From Lama guanicoe (Eukaryota), in assembly GCA_013239625.1 (NCBI GenBank), contig MU053487.1, forward strand, positions 701,058-765,057: a stretch of DNA of 64,000 nt, given 5' to 3'. Shown here one piece after another: positions 37,274-50,802 of this stretch (positions are counted from its first letter, which is position 1; the number at the start of each line of letters is the position of its first letter). Below the pieces are notes generated by a model. It made no database searches, had not been told where the DNA came from, and saw only the letters and a program-made list of their open reading frames with translations. The position numbers were made by a program, and so were the translations under genes.

Positions 37274-37835
37274 ACTAGTTCTTGATTGCTTTCCAAAGAA
37301 CTGGGCACATTTTTCCCCCAGAAGATTACAGTGAATTCACTTACTCACTTGTTCATCAAACATCTTTTGAAAGCCAGGTGCTGGACAGAGTGCTGGAAAT
37401 GGAGTGATAAATAAACATGGTCCTGCTCCAAGGATGCCCAGCAGGGGTAGCAGGTATATCTCTAGGTGCTTCCCATCGGAGGGTGGCAGTTGCTGGGATG
37501 GATGCTTGTACATGTGATGGGAAGAGTTGAACTCAGACTCTGTGTGTGTGTATCTGTGTGTGAGTCTCCAACGGCAAATGGAGTTAAAAGGAGGACCAGA
37601 GGCTGGAGGTAGGGATGGAACAGAGAGTCAAAGCAAAGAGAATAAAGTCACAGGCCTGGGAGAACATGAACATGCTATCCAAGTGAGCCAAGCCTCGAGC
37701 CTTGGGAGATGTCCTCCACATTTCCCAGGGGTGAAGAAGGGAGCAGTAGGAGCCTGTAACCTTGCACTGTTCCCACAAGTAATGGGGTATGGAGCGGCTT
37801 TCTTGACTTGTTTCAAGGAGAGACATGAGTCCACA

Positions 37836-38030
37836 GTACAGTTGCCACATTTAGCAAATACAAATACAGGGTGCCCAGTTAAATTTGAATTTCAGATGAA
37901 CAGCAAATAATTTTTTTTAGAGTAAGTATGTCCTATGCAATATTTGGGATTTACATACTCCAAAAAATGATTCATTGTGTATCTGAAATTCACAATTATC
38001 TGGGTACCCTGTATTTTATCTGACAACCTC
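37836..38030. mobile_element. MER53 hAT MITE (palindromic)
   Basis: gttgccacatttagcaaatacaaatacagggtgcccagttaaatttgaatttcagat...atctgaaattcacaattatctgggtaccctgtattttatctgacaac: long inverted arms and ~190 bp length typical of MER53. Confidence 0.85.
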
Positions 38031-38499
38031 ATCTCCAGGCATCTCAGGATTAAAGAGTTCGAGGAGGCGCTGAGGGTTTGGATGTCCCAGTGGTGGGCTC
38101 AGAAGGTACTCAGAGGTTTTTCTAGGTCGTCGTTTCCAATCTTGAAGAAAATTCTGCAATTTTTTTCCCATACTAGCACCAATGAAACCATGTCACATTA
38201 CATAATTTATGTGGCTAATTTATTCATCCATTCCCTTTTAATTCAGTCACAAATATTTAATATGATCCAGGCTCTGAGCCAGGCACCGTGTACACACTGT
38301 GAGTGAACACTGACTCTGGCTGATTCTTGAGGCGTTTTCCACATATTTCATATACTTTTGACAAAACTATCACATTCCTGGCAGTTGCCTGCACCAAGGA
38401 AGACATTTCCTTCCTCTCCTCATCCTCCCCCACCCATGCTGACCCCACGTTGTTCCCCACTGCCCTGCTCATGCCTGCAATCCTGTTTTGAATGGCTTA

Positions 38500-38665
38500 G
38501 GTGGGGTGATCTCAAACCAGAGCGGCCATCAGAATTGCCTTGTTAAACCCTTGTTAAACCCTGGCCTCTGGGTTCTCTCCCCAGAGTTTGCTTTAGTAGA
38601 TCTGGGATGAGGACCAAGAATTTGCTTTTCTAACATGTTTTTCGGTGAGGCCAGTGGTGAAAACA
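38500..38665. mobile_element. MER5-like hAT fragment
   Basis: gtagatctgggatgaggaccaagaatttgcttttctaaca resembles the MER5A interior. Confidence 0.6.
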
Positions 38666-39079
38666 GTGATCTTAGAGGATAGGATTTCTGCAAGGACGTG
38701 GGAGAGGAATTACTCCCTCTGCCCCAGTGCCATCTCTTCTCTGCTGTCTCCTGCCCATCAGTTTCATGCTGATCACCCTGGGTTCCCTAGAGCTGAGGGT
38801 GATATTTGGCAGGTCACAGGAGTGACTGTTTTTGGGACAAGGATTTCCTGGTTAACCAGTGGAAGCACTAGAAGATAAATCTTTCTTGGGAGAGATGTTT
38901 TTAGAAATCTTATAAACAAACATTAAAATTATATCCATAATAAAAGTTGATTGTGGAAAATTTAGAGAAGTCCTGAAAAAGAGTTAGACTAAGAAGATAA
39001 GAAGTTATTCATAGTTCCATTGGTATAGTTCCTTTGAACATTTTATCTATGTATGTATGTATAAGTATATTTATACCTT

Positions 39080-39280
39080 TCATTCACTTATTCATTCATG
39101 CATTCACTTGATCAACATCTACTGAGTGCCTTCTCTGTGCCAGGCACTGTTTTAGGCACTGGAGTCATAGCAATGGGAGAAAAAAGAACCCAAAGATCCC
39201 CACCCTCATGGAGCCCGCATTCGATTGGGAGAAAGAGACCATATGCAAGAATATAAATAAAATGTACACTATCTTAGTGA
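39080..39280 (-). mobile_element. L2 3' end
   Basis: ttcattcatgcattcac...actgagtgccttctctgtgccaggcactgttttaggcactgg...ccctcatggagc. Confidence 0.75.
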
Positions 39281-39854
39281 CAAACACTGCATACCTGGGT
39301 GTGCCATTCTTCTGAAAGTGTCTGGACTTTTCAGGTTGTATATTATCTGATTGCATGATGAGTCAGGATGGATTTGAGATGCCACCAGCCTCCCAACACT
39401 CTGTCATTAGCAATGCAAGGCTTGTTGTGGGTATAGGCGGGAGGGCGGACTGGTCCTGGGGGGAGGCGAGTCATTATTTCCGCCTCGGTGCATTGTAATC
39501 ATATTTCCCTCTGTCAAACTGAGCAGTACTTTCCATCTTACTGCAGGGTCTCTGCTCTCTTTCCGCTCGGATCAGAAACAGCTCAGTGTGATCAGGCCTG
39601 GTGGTGGATGATTTAGAGATTTTCATCTCTATTAGTAGCCAAGGGCTGGCAGCATCTTTGGTGTTTGTGTGTGAATACATGTGTGCAGTTTGCTTTTAAA
39701 TAATAGATGGCACTGCCTCCCACTTTGAAATGCTGTATATTTTGCACTTTAATTTTCAAGAATTCTTGAGGTCACAGACAAGGACAAATCAGCATAGAAC
39801 AGAGTTCCTAACTGTGACTCTCACACAGCATAGTGATTCAGGTATCTGTCTAGT

Positions 39855-41420
39855 CTTTTATACTTTTATTTATTTATATTTTATTTGTTTATCTTTATTT
39901 AATGTATTTACACTAAAAAAGGAAAAAAAATAGTTCACCTGTTTCTTCCTCCTTTTCTACCTTGGGTGACTTAATGTTCTCTGTATCTATGAACTTCTGT
40001 TTTTCATATTTAAGATTCGGTGTATAAGAGAGATCATACAGTATTTGTTTTTCTCTGTCTGACTTGTTTCACTTGGCACAATGCACTTGAGGTCCATCCA
40101 TGCTGTTGCAGATGGCAAGATTTCATTCTTTTTTATAACTGAATAATCCACTGTATATGTGTGTGTGTGTGTGTGTGTATCTCACAATTTCTTTATTCAT
40201 TCATTCATTGGTAGAAACTTATATTGTTTCCATGTCTTGGCTATTATAAATAGTGCTGCAATGAACATGGGGGTGCATCTATCTTTTTGAATTAGTGTTT
40301 TCATTTTCTTTGGAAAAATACCCAGAAGTGGAATTGCTGGATCATATGGTAGTTCTATTTTTAATTTTTTGATTCTCTACATCCTTGCCAACACTTGTTA
40401 TTTCTTGTCTTTTTAAAAATAATAACCATTATAACAGGTGTAAAGTGATATCTCACTGTGGTTTTGGTTTGCATTTCCCTGATGATTAATGATGTAAAGC
40501 ATCTTTTCATGTACCTGTTGGTCATCTGTATGACTTCTTTGGAAAAATGTCTATTCAAATTTTTTGCCCATTTTAAAATTGAATTGTTTGTTTTTTTGCT
40601 ATTGAGTTATGTGAGTTGTTTATATATTTTGGATATTAACCCCTTGTTAGATACATGATTTGCAAATATTTTCTCCCACTCGGTAGGTTGCCTTTTCATT
40701 TTGTTGATGATTTCCTTTGCTGTGCAGAAGCTTTTTAATTCGATATAGTCCCACTTGTTTATTTTTGCTTTTGTTGCTTTTGCTTTGGTGTCAGATTAAC
40801 AAAATTACTGCCAAGACCTATGTCTGGGAGCTTATTGCTTTTGTTTTCTTCTAGGTTTTATGGTTTCAGGTCTTATGTTCAAGTCTTTAATCCATTTTGA
40901 GTTAATTTTGGTGCATCGTGTTAAGATAGTGGTCCAGTTTCATTCTTCTGAATATGGCTGTCCAGTTTCTAGCACCATTTATTAAAGAGACTGTCCTTTT
41001 CTTTTAAATTGAAGTATTACATAGTACACTAAAGCACTCAGATATTAAGTATAAAATTGTACATATTTTCACATATGTGAATGCCTGTGTACCCACCACC
41101 TAGATCAAGATATGGAACATCTCCAACATCCCGGAAGATTCTCTTGTGCCTCTTCCCAGTCAGTCCTTTCCCCTAATCTAAGTAACACTTCTGATTTCTA
41201 TCACTGTGGATTAGTTTTCCCATTCTTGGACTTCACGTAAGTGAAATCTGTAGTCATTTATATCTGGCTTCTTAGATCCATTATTTTGTTGGTAAAATTC
41301 ATGCATATAGTTGTATGTTGTAGTAATTCTTTTAAAATTTCTGCATAGAATTTCATTGTATGAATGTACCACAGTTATTTATCCATTATACTCTTACTGG
41401 ATTGCTTCTAATTTTTGGCT
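39855..41420 (-). mobile_element. L1 (L1MA-like 3' region of ORF2, internally deleted) followed by an older L1 3' end
   Basis: ORF 40361-40558 ([41 protein letters not shown]) is L1 ORF2; (TG)n at ~40157-40178; a second L1 3' end starts near 41000. Confidence 0.88.
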
Positions 41421-42602
41421 ACCTTACTATTATCCAAATTATTTGAGTGTCTATAAACTGATGTGTTACCCCTCTCCCCACGAGAAACCTGCACAATAGT
41501 CTGAATGGGGATTTGTACCCTTATCTTCATTTTATCTTCATTTTATAGATGAGGAGCCTTCATGGGGAAATTCAGGGACTCATCCAAGGTCACAAAGCTA
41601 TGTAAGGACAGAGTCATATAGAGACTAGAATTCAGATCTCTTGACTGCTGGTCCAGTGATCTTTCCTAGATTCCTGTTCAAAGTGCCCCTGAAATTCTTG
41701 GCGTTCAGAGGATCAAGTTAGGGGACCTCTTTTCTCTCTGGGTAATGACAGCAGCTGCCTTCCTGGTTGCTGAGACTCTGCTGAGGCCCCTCATTTAGCT
41801 GGAACCTGCTTCCTGTTTGAACAAATGCAGTTTTCCCCCGTAGCCCTGCAGCATGGAGGGATGCACTTGATAGTCGGGTAGCAACAACAATTAAGCCTCT
41901 TTCGAAAGGAAGCAGCTGAAACCCCCAGTTGACAGTACCTGGTGACTGAGCAGTTGTAGCAAAAGCTGATGGCTGTCAGGTACCGGCAGAGAGCAAGAAC
42001 ACGCACTGGTGGCTGTCACCTGTAAGAACACCTGGACGTAGATGTTGTCAGTGTGATGGTGCCCGCTCCAGGATGCTTGGCAACCATAATGGGATGCAGC
42101 CCTCACCTTCCTGCCGGCTCTCAGGAACAGGTGCTAGTTGAGGGGTGGGGAGCTGCTAGTTTTCAGGGAGAAGGATGAAAAGAAGGCCTCAGAACAGCCC
42201 GGTGTCGAGAGTATCGTTCCTGGTGATTTCTGAGCTGATTGCCCAGAGAAGGAGTAGTTTTTGTTCCGTAAGTGCCTCACAAATCATCACCATGCTGGTG
42301 TGGATTCCTGCAGGATTCAGGAGGGCCCGATGGAGATGACTGCTGGCTGTAGTTGCTGCCTCTGCTTTTCCTTTGACCTCATTATTCCTCATTTCTCCCA
42401 CCCTATCTGTTGCTTTCCTGCTTATTTTTCCTTACTCTCATTCTTGATTTTTTAAAAAAGCAAGGCAGCATCTCTTGGCTGGAGGAGTGAAGATTTAAAG
42501 AGTGTCTCTGGCACCAAGGCCTCTCATCTTCATGATCTTCATGCAGATTAGGTCTCCTCATTCCATGTTTACAGATGGGCAAATGGAAACTCTGACTTTA
42601 AG

Positions 42603-42712
42603 TAGGGGGATGCGCTCATCCTGGTTTTCTTAGGACTTTTTTGGTTTAAGCACTCACAGTCCTGCATCCTGGGAATCCCGTTAGTCCTGGGCAGACAGGG
42701 ACAGTTATTATC
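42603..42712. mobile_element. MER81-like hAT-Blackjack MITE
   Basis: tagggg...catcctggttttc...agcactcacagtcctgcatcctgggaatccc...gtcctgggcagacagggacagtt; ~110 bp. Confidence 0.6.
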
Positions 42713-44226
42713 CAGAGGCTAAGTGATTGCCTCAGGTTGCAAGCCAGGAAGTTCCAGGGCTGAGGTGCGAACTAAAGTCTCTGTGGTTCCCAAAGTGCTG
42801 CTTCCCTGGCTCTCTGAGGTTGACTTTTCCTAGGGATCAGTTCGAAATGCTGTAGAAGATGCTCTGAGGGACATGCATGCCAGAGCTTTGCTAAGGCAGA
42901 AGCTGAAGGGCACAGCCTTGAGGTTTCCTTAATTTGCAGACAGCCTTGGATGTGCCCCTACTCTCAGCCTGCCTGCATGGTCCAGCAGACTTAACGCTGA
43001 GAAGAGAGAAAAGGCCTATTTATTTAGGTATTGCTGATGAAAAGGAAGTGATAGAAGTATTTCCAGCCTCTGCTCTTCCTGGTTTCCAAATGTTGGCTCA
43101 GTTTGGGAGTTCTCAAGATCTGATAAAGTGGGATGGCTAGCAACTGTCCCATGTAGATGTGATGGCACGGTGACTCTTTTGGAGCATGGACTGTAAGGTG
43201 CTAGATTCCTAATTTTTGACCAGCTTTTTGGGGCTGTTATCTGGATTCTTCTGGGTCACCAGGCCTTTTTTTTTTTTTGTACAAGTTTGCTGTGCACAAC
43301 AGCACCTCTGCTCCTGACAGGGGCATGGCCCTCTTTGAGTGCACCCCTGACCCTCTGGTTCACCAGGGCAAGGCCAGTGCACCTCTATGGGGAACATTTC
43401 CTTTGATCCAACTTATTTATATTACTTAATCAAGCAGGATTTGACCAATGACTTACAACTTTCTTTATTAGCTTTTACTGTTTGGTACTAAATTATGTGA
43501 TTCACTTTCCATTTTAAGCCGAAGCATGCTTATTACCCAATCCCTGTACTTTAGTGTGGTCTCCTAGGGATACACAACATTCTCTGCAACCAGGAATCCA
43601 GCCCGTGTCCCAAAGGCTGACATCTGCTTTTCTTTTCTGACCCTCAACCAAAGTTAGGTTGTTCAAATAGAATTTAAAGGAATACCCTGTAGATGCATTT
43701 AGGCACATAGTGAAATAGAGGATTTATGGACAAGCCAGCCAAGAATTGTGTCATCTTTGTTTTGAGTTTGCTGGTTCATGGAGGTGGTAACATTGTTCAT
43801 GGAGGGGACAGTTGTGTGGGAGAAAGGGGGAAGGATGGGGAGGTATTAATAGGTTGTCATCTGTGTGCCATACTTATACCATTATATTTAATCTTCATAA
43901 CAAGTCCTACAGAGGGCTAGACTTACACAAGTGAGAGACTGTCTGTGTCCCACACAGTTATTAAGTGGCAGAGCCAATATCTTAACCAAGTCTGACTCCA
44001 GAGCCCACCTTTCCCAGAATACTACAGGGAAGAGAATGAGGGGTTTAGAACAAATTCCTTGAGGATTCCTACTATAGGAGGTGTGTATATACTGAAATAT
44101 ATCTGTATGAATTTTTCTGTCTTGTTAAAGTGGAAAATACTCCTTGAAATGCTTCTTAAAACTCATTTTTAAAAACAAAAGACTTTTAACAAAATGTGTA
44201 AATGTCCTATAAGCAATGGGTGCTTC

Positions 44227-44313
44227 TTTTTTTTTTTAATGGAGGTATAGGAGATTGAACCCAGGACCTCATGCATGCTAAGCATGTGCTCTACCACTGA
44301 GTTATACCCTCCT
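44227..44313 (-). mobile_element. tRNA-derived SINE, vic-1 type (short-tail copy)
   Basis: Poly(T) then aatggaggtataggagattgaacccaggacctcatgcatgctaagcatgtgctctaccactgagttataccctcc. Confidence 0.85.
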
Positions 44314-45749
44314 CACAACAATGAGCTGCTTTACAAAAGCAATTTTAAACAGAGAGGGGTAAGGATAGTTAAGAATGTTCCAAACCCAGAGCAAGTCAAA
44401 TTTATGCTTCTCAGTAAAAACAATACAGAATCATTGAATCATCCAGAGGGGGTGCTAATTCTGACCATATATGACAAGTTGAGTAGACTAAAACCAGTTC
44501 CCGAGCCTCTCTGAGGCTGTTTCCTCATCTGGAAAATGGGAATAATAACCCCCACTTTGCAGAGTTGGCAATTGTTTGGTGCAGTAAGTTGTCAACAGAT
44601 GCTAATTCCTTTCTTTCTCAGAATTCCTTGCTTCTCAGAAGCAAGTCTTCGGTACTGGTCAAGGTGAAGAGCCATTAATGGTAGAGCACCAATTAGGGTA
44701 GAAGATGAGTGCTCCCCACCAAGCTCCCCTTAGGTGATGATTTCCCCGCTCTTGACTCATCCACATCCAGCTTTCTCTTTGCTTTCCTTTTTCCTGGACG
44801 TTTTTTTAGTCCATTATGCCACCTTCACAGAGGCTGAGCAGAAAAGAGAGATAAATCAATAAAGCAGTGTTGCTCTATTTTGGCCAAAGGGAAGGTTTGG
44901 TGGACAGGAGTTTTAGATGTTTGCCTGAGTATTTTGGACTCTGTGAATCTCCCTGACATCATTGTCCCAACAAAACAGCAGCTGGAGCTCACTCCACTGG
45001 TTAGATTGCTAACTCTGACATGGGGATTCAGCACCCCAGCCACGCACACATATCCCCACACAAGGCTGAGGGTGTCTCTTAGGCATCTCTGGGAGTCTGG
45101 GCTGTGGCTTCCTGGCACTAGACCCTCAGGATAGGGCCTGTGTCCTGGTAGAGTCCAGTGCAGGCTTGGACTCAGGCAGAGCAGGAACAGTGGGGATGGG
45201 GGTTCTGTGGTGTGTGCCTCCAGTGCTTACTGGTGGCCCCTACCCTTTATTCTGCACCCCAACTGTCTTGACAGCTGGTGGTTCCTGAGCAGTCACACAT
45301 CACCCAGCCCCCATTTCGCCCTACTCTCTTGCTCCTTACTCTTCACTGCTCATCTGGGCCTTACCATCACAGGGATACCTTTGCTACCTCCTTCCTGACC
45401 CCTTGCCTAGATTAGGTAGCTTGCTCTGAGATTACTTGGTGCCGGCTCCCACCTTTTCTGGGTTTTCATCATACCACATTATGGGAGTCTGTTGACTCCT
45501 TAAAGGAAGGGCTTTCAAGTTGTCAGTTGGAGCCCTGTCTTCTCTGAACCTGACTTTTACTCTTCTCCCCTGTTGTGGTCATCACACTGAGATCTTCCTC
45601 ATCTCTAGATAGGCTGTTGTAGGAACCTCTTGTCCACTTTCCAAACCAACCACCAGAGTGTCCTTCCAGAATGCAGAGGTGACTACCGCTCTTCTGAGAA
45701 GCTTTCGTGGGCTCCCTCCTGCCCATAGGAGGCTGCATCAGCCTGAGGC

Positions 45750-46190
45750 AGGTTGGGGTGCACCAGAGGCAGACCCTAAGACAAAGAACCAAATGCCAGT
45801 AGTTTATTGGGGGATGAAGGGAACACGAGAAGGGGTGGAGACCTGAGACGGGAAGGGAAGGGAAGGGGAGACAGGCAATATGCACAGGGTGAGCCAGTGA
45901 GCAGATGACTGCTGTGGATGATGGGAGTTAATCCTGCAGGGTGCTTGCAAGACTGTAGAACATGCCCCAAAATTGTTACTAAAGGGGTTATAAGTGCAGG
46001 TTTTCTCCAGAAACTCCCATTGGTCATTGGCTAAGTTGTTCCCAGGGGTGTTAATTATGTGCTGCTGTGGTCTGCCCCATGCAGAGGCCCAGCAGTCTTC
46101 CCTGGCCTGAGGGTGCCTGTAGGCAGAGAGCAGCACAGGTACCTGCAGGAAGAAGCTGTTTCTGAAACAGTGGGTGCTGAGGGCAGTGGG
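45750..46190 (-). mobile_element. ERVL LTR16-like LTR
   Basis: gaggcagaccctaagacaaagaaccaaatgccagtagtttattggggg...actcccattggtcattggct; minus-strand AATAAA near 45803. Confidence 0.6.
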
Positions 46191-46909
46191 AGGGATGCCG
46201 ACAGGATCCCTCACAGCCTGGTTTGTAAGGCTTCATGTGGTGCAACCATTTCCCAACTCTCTAGGTCTTCTACCTGCACCTTCCTTGTGCTCATGTAGCC
46301 TGGTGCTACTGTGGGTCCCTGCAGAGCCCGGCTATTTTTTGCCTTCATGCTGTTGCTCGTTGATATGTCTTCTGCTTTGGATGCCCTTCTTTCACTTCTC
46401 CATCTGGTTAACATCTACGTATTTTTGCAGATTCATCATCATCTCCCCCAGAAAGCCCTTCTTGAGTAACTCCTCTCTCAGACTGATTTGGATGCCCTTT
46501 TTGCAGCATCTTTCACAGATCTACTTCCCTCACCAGACCATGGGATCTGTGGCACAGACACCCCATCTGATTCCTCTTTGAGTCTCTGGTAATGAGTGAA
46601 CATGAGATGTGGTACATAGTAGGCACTGACTAAATAACGTGTTGGATTGAACTGTTGATCTGCGTTAGTGGTTTAGCACATGGTTTAGCACAGGCCTCGA
46701 TATTCAAGTCCTGAATTGAACTAATGTTGCCCCACTTCCTCTTTTTGTTGGCAGAGGCAGCAAGGGAATAAAATTGAGTCCTCCCCTACTCCAGGGCACA
46801 GAGGCATTTCACCCTTCTACCCAGAGAGATCAGAGCTGAAAGTGGTAACCAAGGAGAGGCACAAAAGCTGGAGGATACAGAAAGCATCAGGGAAACGCAC
46901 ATGTGTGCT

Positions 46910-46947
46910 TGCGCGTGCACACACACACACACACACACATGCATGCA
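46910..46947. repeat. (CA)n / alternating purine-pyrimidine tract
   Basis: tgcgcgtgcacacacac...acatgcatgca, 38 nt of uninterrupted alternation. Confidence 0.9.
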
Positions 46948-49220
46948 GAGCAATGTGGACTGAGAGATCCAAACACATACACACACACAGGGAGCTCAAC
47001 AGACGAATTGAGAGGGATTGGGCCCCCGAGAAAGGGAAAAACGGACTGACAGGCAGAAAGAATGGAGGGAAGGACAAAGGAAAGACAGAAAAAGGGAAAA
47101 CTGGAAGATGGAGGAGGAAAGGAGAAAATAAGTTCAAATAATATGAGGGAAAGTTGTGACTAAAACCCCTGGAGAGAGGTTTCCCACCTCTCAGGACAGT
47201 AGAAGTCGGGGCTGGGGTGCAGCCTCCTTCCTCTTTTCTGGTCCGCAGGTGGAGGTGCCCAGAGGGACGTTGCTGGGTGAGGGGGAGAGGGGCTGTGGCT
47301 GGCCATCCTGAGACAGACTCCTGGGGACACATTTGCTGCTATTGTCTGGTGGCATCTCCTTCGGTGGCGAGTGGTGTGTAGTGTGTGCTGGGCCCTCTTC
47401 ATGCCCTCTTTTAGGGACTCAAATCTGCAGGAAACATAGCAGAGGGATGCAGCGGCTGCCACGTGCCTGCCTTTGTCCTCATGCTGTTGGATTTGTGGTG
47501 GCTCATGAAAGAATAATCACCCACATCAATTTTTAAACTGCCTAATGCTCCTCTCAGCCCAGCTGTCTAGAAGTTTGCAAAGCAGGTAGCTGGCCACGAG
47601 ACATAACTGAGTGTCAGGTCTGTGGATGCGACAGCCAGGGCCTGCAGTGGTTCCTGGACCGTGTCACAATGCAGGGGAGGGCAGAGAAGCGGTCTGACCC
47701 ATCATTTGGGTCAGAGGACACGAGCTGAGAGAGCAGAACCTTGTGAGGACTGAAAGTCCCATATCCTAGCAACCCACCCAGTCCTAGGCCAATCAGGAAG
47801 GTCACTTAGTTACCACCTCAGCAATTTTATATCAAGATAATTCTTATGATAAAATTGCTCTGTTAAAATACTGGTGTGATCTCCATCTCCTGACAGGAAC
47901 TTGGCGCATCCTCACATGGAACTCTCGTGAAGTGATGCTAAATCAGGGAGCATCTATCACTTGTGGGGAAAATCCAAAGTGTTCCACTAAGGAGTATTAG
48001 CTTGTTTTATTGCTGCTATTTTGATCACTATGACTAAAGCGGCAGCTTCTGCTCTGGGTGATAACAATACCTCACCTACGTCCAGCATCTCACAGTTCAC
48101 AAAACACTGCCGGCCACCTTTCCTTGCTTGTTGCTTCACAACAGCTCTGTGGGCTAAGTACTGTTATCTCCAGTGACTTCAGAGAAGGGCAGTGACTTGC
48201 ACACACTCATCACTAGTCACAGATAACTGAGCTTCAAACGAATTAAAAAAAAAACAACCAGTTCTTCCCCTTTTTTCCTTGCAGCCTTTCTTTTGATGAA
48301 TTCATTTGCAGGCAAGCAGTAATTACCTTCTTCTTTTTTTTTTTTTTCCACTTCCCACCTGGTCTCCCTAGCTCTCCATCCCCTAAGCTATTGAACTTTA
48401 TGTAGCTTTACTGTATAAAATGGCCCACAGGGATGCATGGACTAAGGGAACCAGGCTGTCTGGATCCTACCTATTCTCCTGGACATCTCCTTAATGCTGG
48501 TATGGCTCACATTTCCAGTGGGTTTGCATTTAAACTAAAAGCTTTTGAGAACCTTGAGAACCTTGGACTTAGACCTGGCCCATTTAAAAGGCACTTCCCA
48601 GAACACTCAATTTTATTAATACTGTAAAACAGTCTACATTAAATAGCTGGATCATTTCACATTCAGAAGACATCTCCAATTTGAACTGCTTTATTTGGAT
48701 CGGGCTAAAGTATTCCCGTAAATGATACTGCGAGTGGCAGTGGAGAGGTTTGCCTGAAAGATGGAGGCTGTGGGAGTACTAGGAAGGCCACTTCAGGCAT
48801 CTGCTTAGCACCATCCAGCACCACCTACCTGGTGCCAGGGAGAACAGGAACACTCCTGAGATCGTCCCTGCTCTCAGACTGAGTGAATCCAGGGGCTTTC
48901 CTTAGAGATTCTGTAGAAACAGTATGATCCTGTAGTCCTGTTGGAGTGGAAGGAGCACTGTATTTGGAGTTCGAAGACTGGTGGAAGTGCGAAACTTCAC
49001 TTCAGCAAATAACCGCCTGTCTCATCTTCAGTTTTCTTCTGTCTAAAGTGGGCATCATAATACTTACTGTCATAGATTGGGGTATGTTTGAAAATGGCCA
49101 AATCCTACCTTTTCTATCACTTCTCATGTCCACTGGGTTCTCAAGGAAGTTATACCCACAAAAACAGAATAGGATTCAGAGTAGTACGTTGATATTTAAG
49201 CAGGTACTCCCACCCCCCAG

Positions 49221-49770
49221 TGTAGTTGTGTTAATTATCTATTGTGTAGTGGCATAATACAGCACATACTTACTATCTCACAGTTTCTGTGGGTCAGAAA
49301 TTTGGGCATGGTTTTGCTGGATTTCCTCTTTCATGATCTTTCATGAGGCTACAGTCAAAGGGCTAAGCAAGGCTGTGCTCTCATTTGAAGGCCTGACCTG
49401 GGAGGATCTGCTTGGGCTCACTTTTATGGGTGATGGCAGGATTCAGTTCCTTGTAGGCTGTTAGACTGAGAGCCTCAGTTCCTTGTGGGCAGTTGGCCAG
49501 AGTCCACCGTCAGTTCCTTGTCACATGGACCTCTCCAGTGTGGCAGCTTGCTTTATCACAGCAAGCAAAGGGAAGAGTCTGTTAGCAAGATGGAAGTAAC
49601 AATCTCATGAAGCCTAATCATGGAAGTAGCATCTCAGCACCTTTGCCATTTACTGTTGGTTAGAGGCATGCCATTAGGGCAGCCCATCCTCAGTGGGAGG
49701 GGATTACACAAGAGTGAAACTACTGAGAGGTGGTGATCATATAGGCCGTTTTAGAAGCTGCTCATCATAA
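49221..49770 (-). mobile_element. MLT1-type MaLR LTR
   Basis: ttactatctcacagtttctgtgggtcagaaatttgggcatgg...ggcaggattcagttccttgtaggctg...ggggattacacaagagtg. Confidence 0.8.
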
Positions 49771-50802
49771 TAGGGTTCTTTGATAAAAGCTGGGTAGAGC
49801 ATGTGGCTGGGACCTGGGTCTGCAGTGAGGATTCCCATATATCCTTTCTTTACTCCACCTTGTAAAATCTAAACCTTGGGACCCATTCCCTGAGGTGTAG
49901 CTGTAGAGATGGGTGCAAGCCTCCAGGGGGTCCCCTTGTCTGTCTCACACATATTTGGTGGAAGGAAAAGGTAGACATGGAAGATCTGCCTCACTGGCCA
50001 GGCCTAAGGCAGGAGGAAAGGATGGAGCCTGGGATTTCCCATTTGTGACACACTAATGAGCCAAATGAATCCTGTGGGCTCTGACAATTAGATCAGCAAC
50101 TCCCCACCATGGCAGGGTTGCCAGCAGTGAATTGAACAGAGGTTGCCTTGTGGAAGGGGAGCTGAGCCTTGTAGCATGGTGGTCATGATGGCTGAATCGG
50201 AGGGTTTGTATTAAACATCATTTAATATTTACTTTTTTAAGAGCCTTACACATAAAATAAACTACAGGATAAGAGGTTACCATGGTCAGAGGGGCCAAGA
50301 AAGATCTCATGCAGAAAATCAAATTTAAGATACTGAGAGGCAGAGGGACGCCAGGTAGGAAAAAGGTGCAGAGGTAGGATGCATTCATTCAACAAACATG
50401 AATTGGTAGCTGACTCTATGGTAGCTCTTTAACAGAAGGCATGGAACTGACAGTGTGGGCAAATGAGGGAGACAGATGGATGAACGATAGCTTAACTATA
50501 CAATGATCCAAGAAATAATTAAGGTAGATAGAGAATCTTGAAGTAGCCTAAAGGACTGGAGGGGTCAGTCCTACTGGACAGAGCAGGGTGGGAGGAAATG
50601 GGTGAAAAATCATAAAAACAAAGTGAAACCATGTAAGTAGGATCCGAGATATGTCTTGAAGATTGAACAGAGAAGGTTATGGAGGCAGTGGATGAGGTCT
50701 GATTGGAGGGTAAAGTTTTGTGCAAGGAAGAAGCAGGGGCTGTAATGCTGTTACCAATAACGATGATCAGGGATCTTGTCCCATTTTCCTTTCCCTTAGC
50801 TG

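Noticed and set aside
46817..47332. 171-aa minus-strand ORF
   Set aside because: Produced by purine-rich and (CA)n sequence; F/P/L and CV low-complexity translation.
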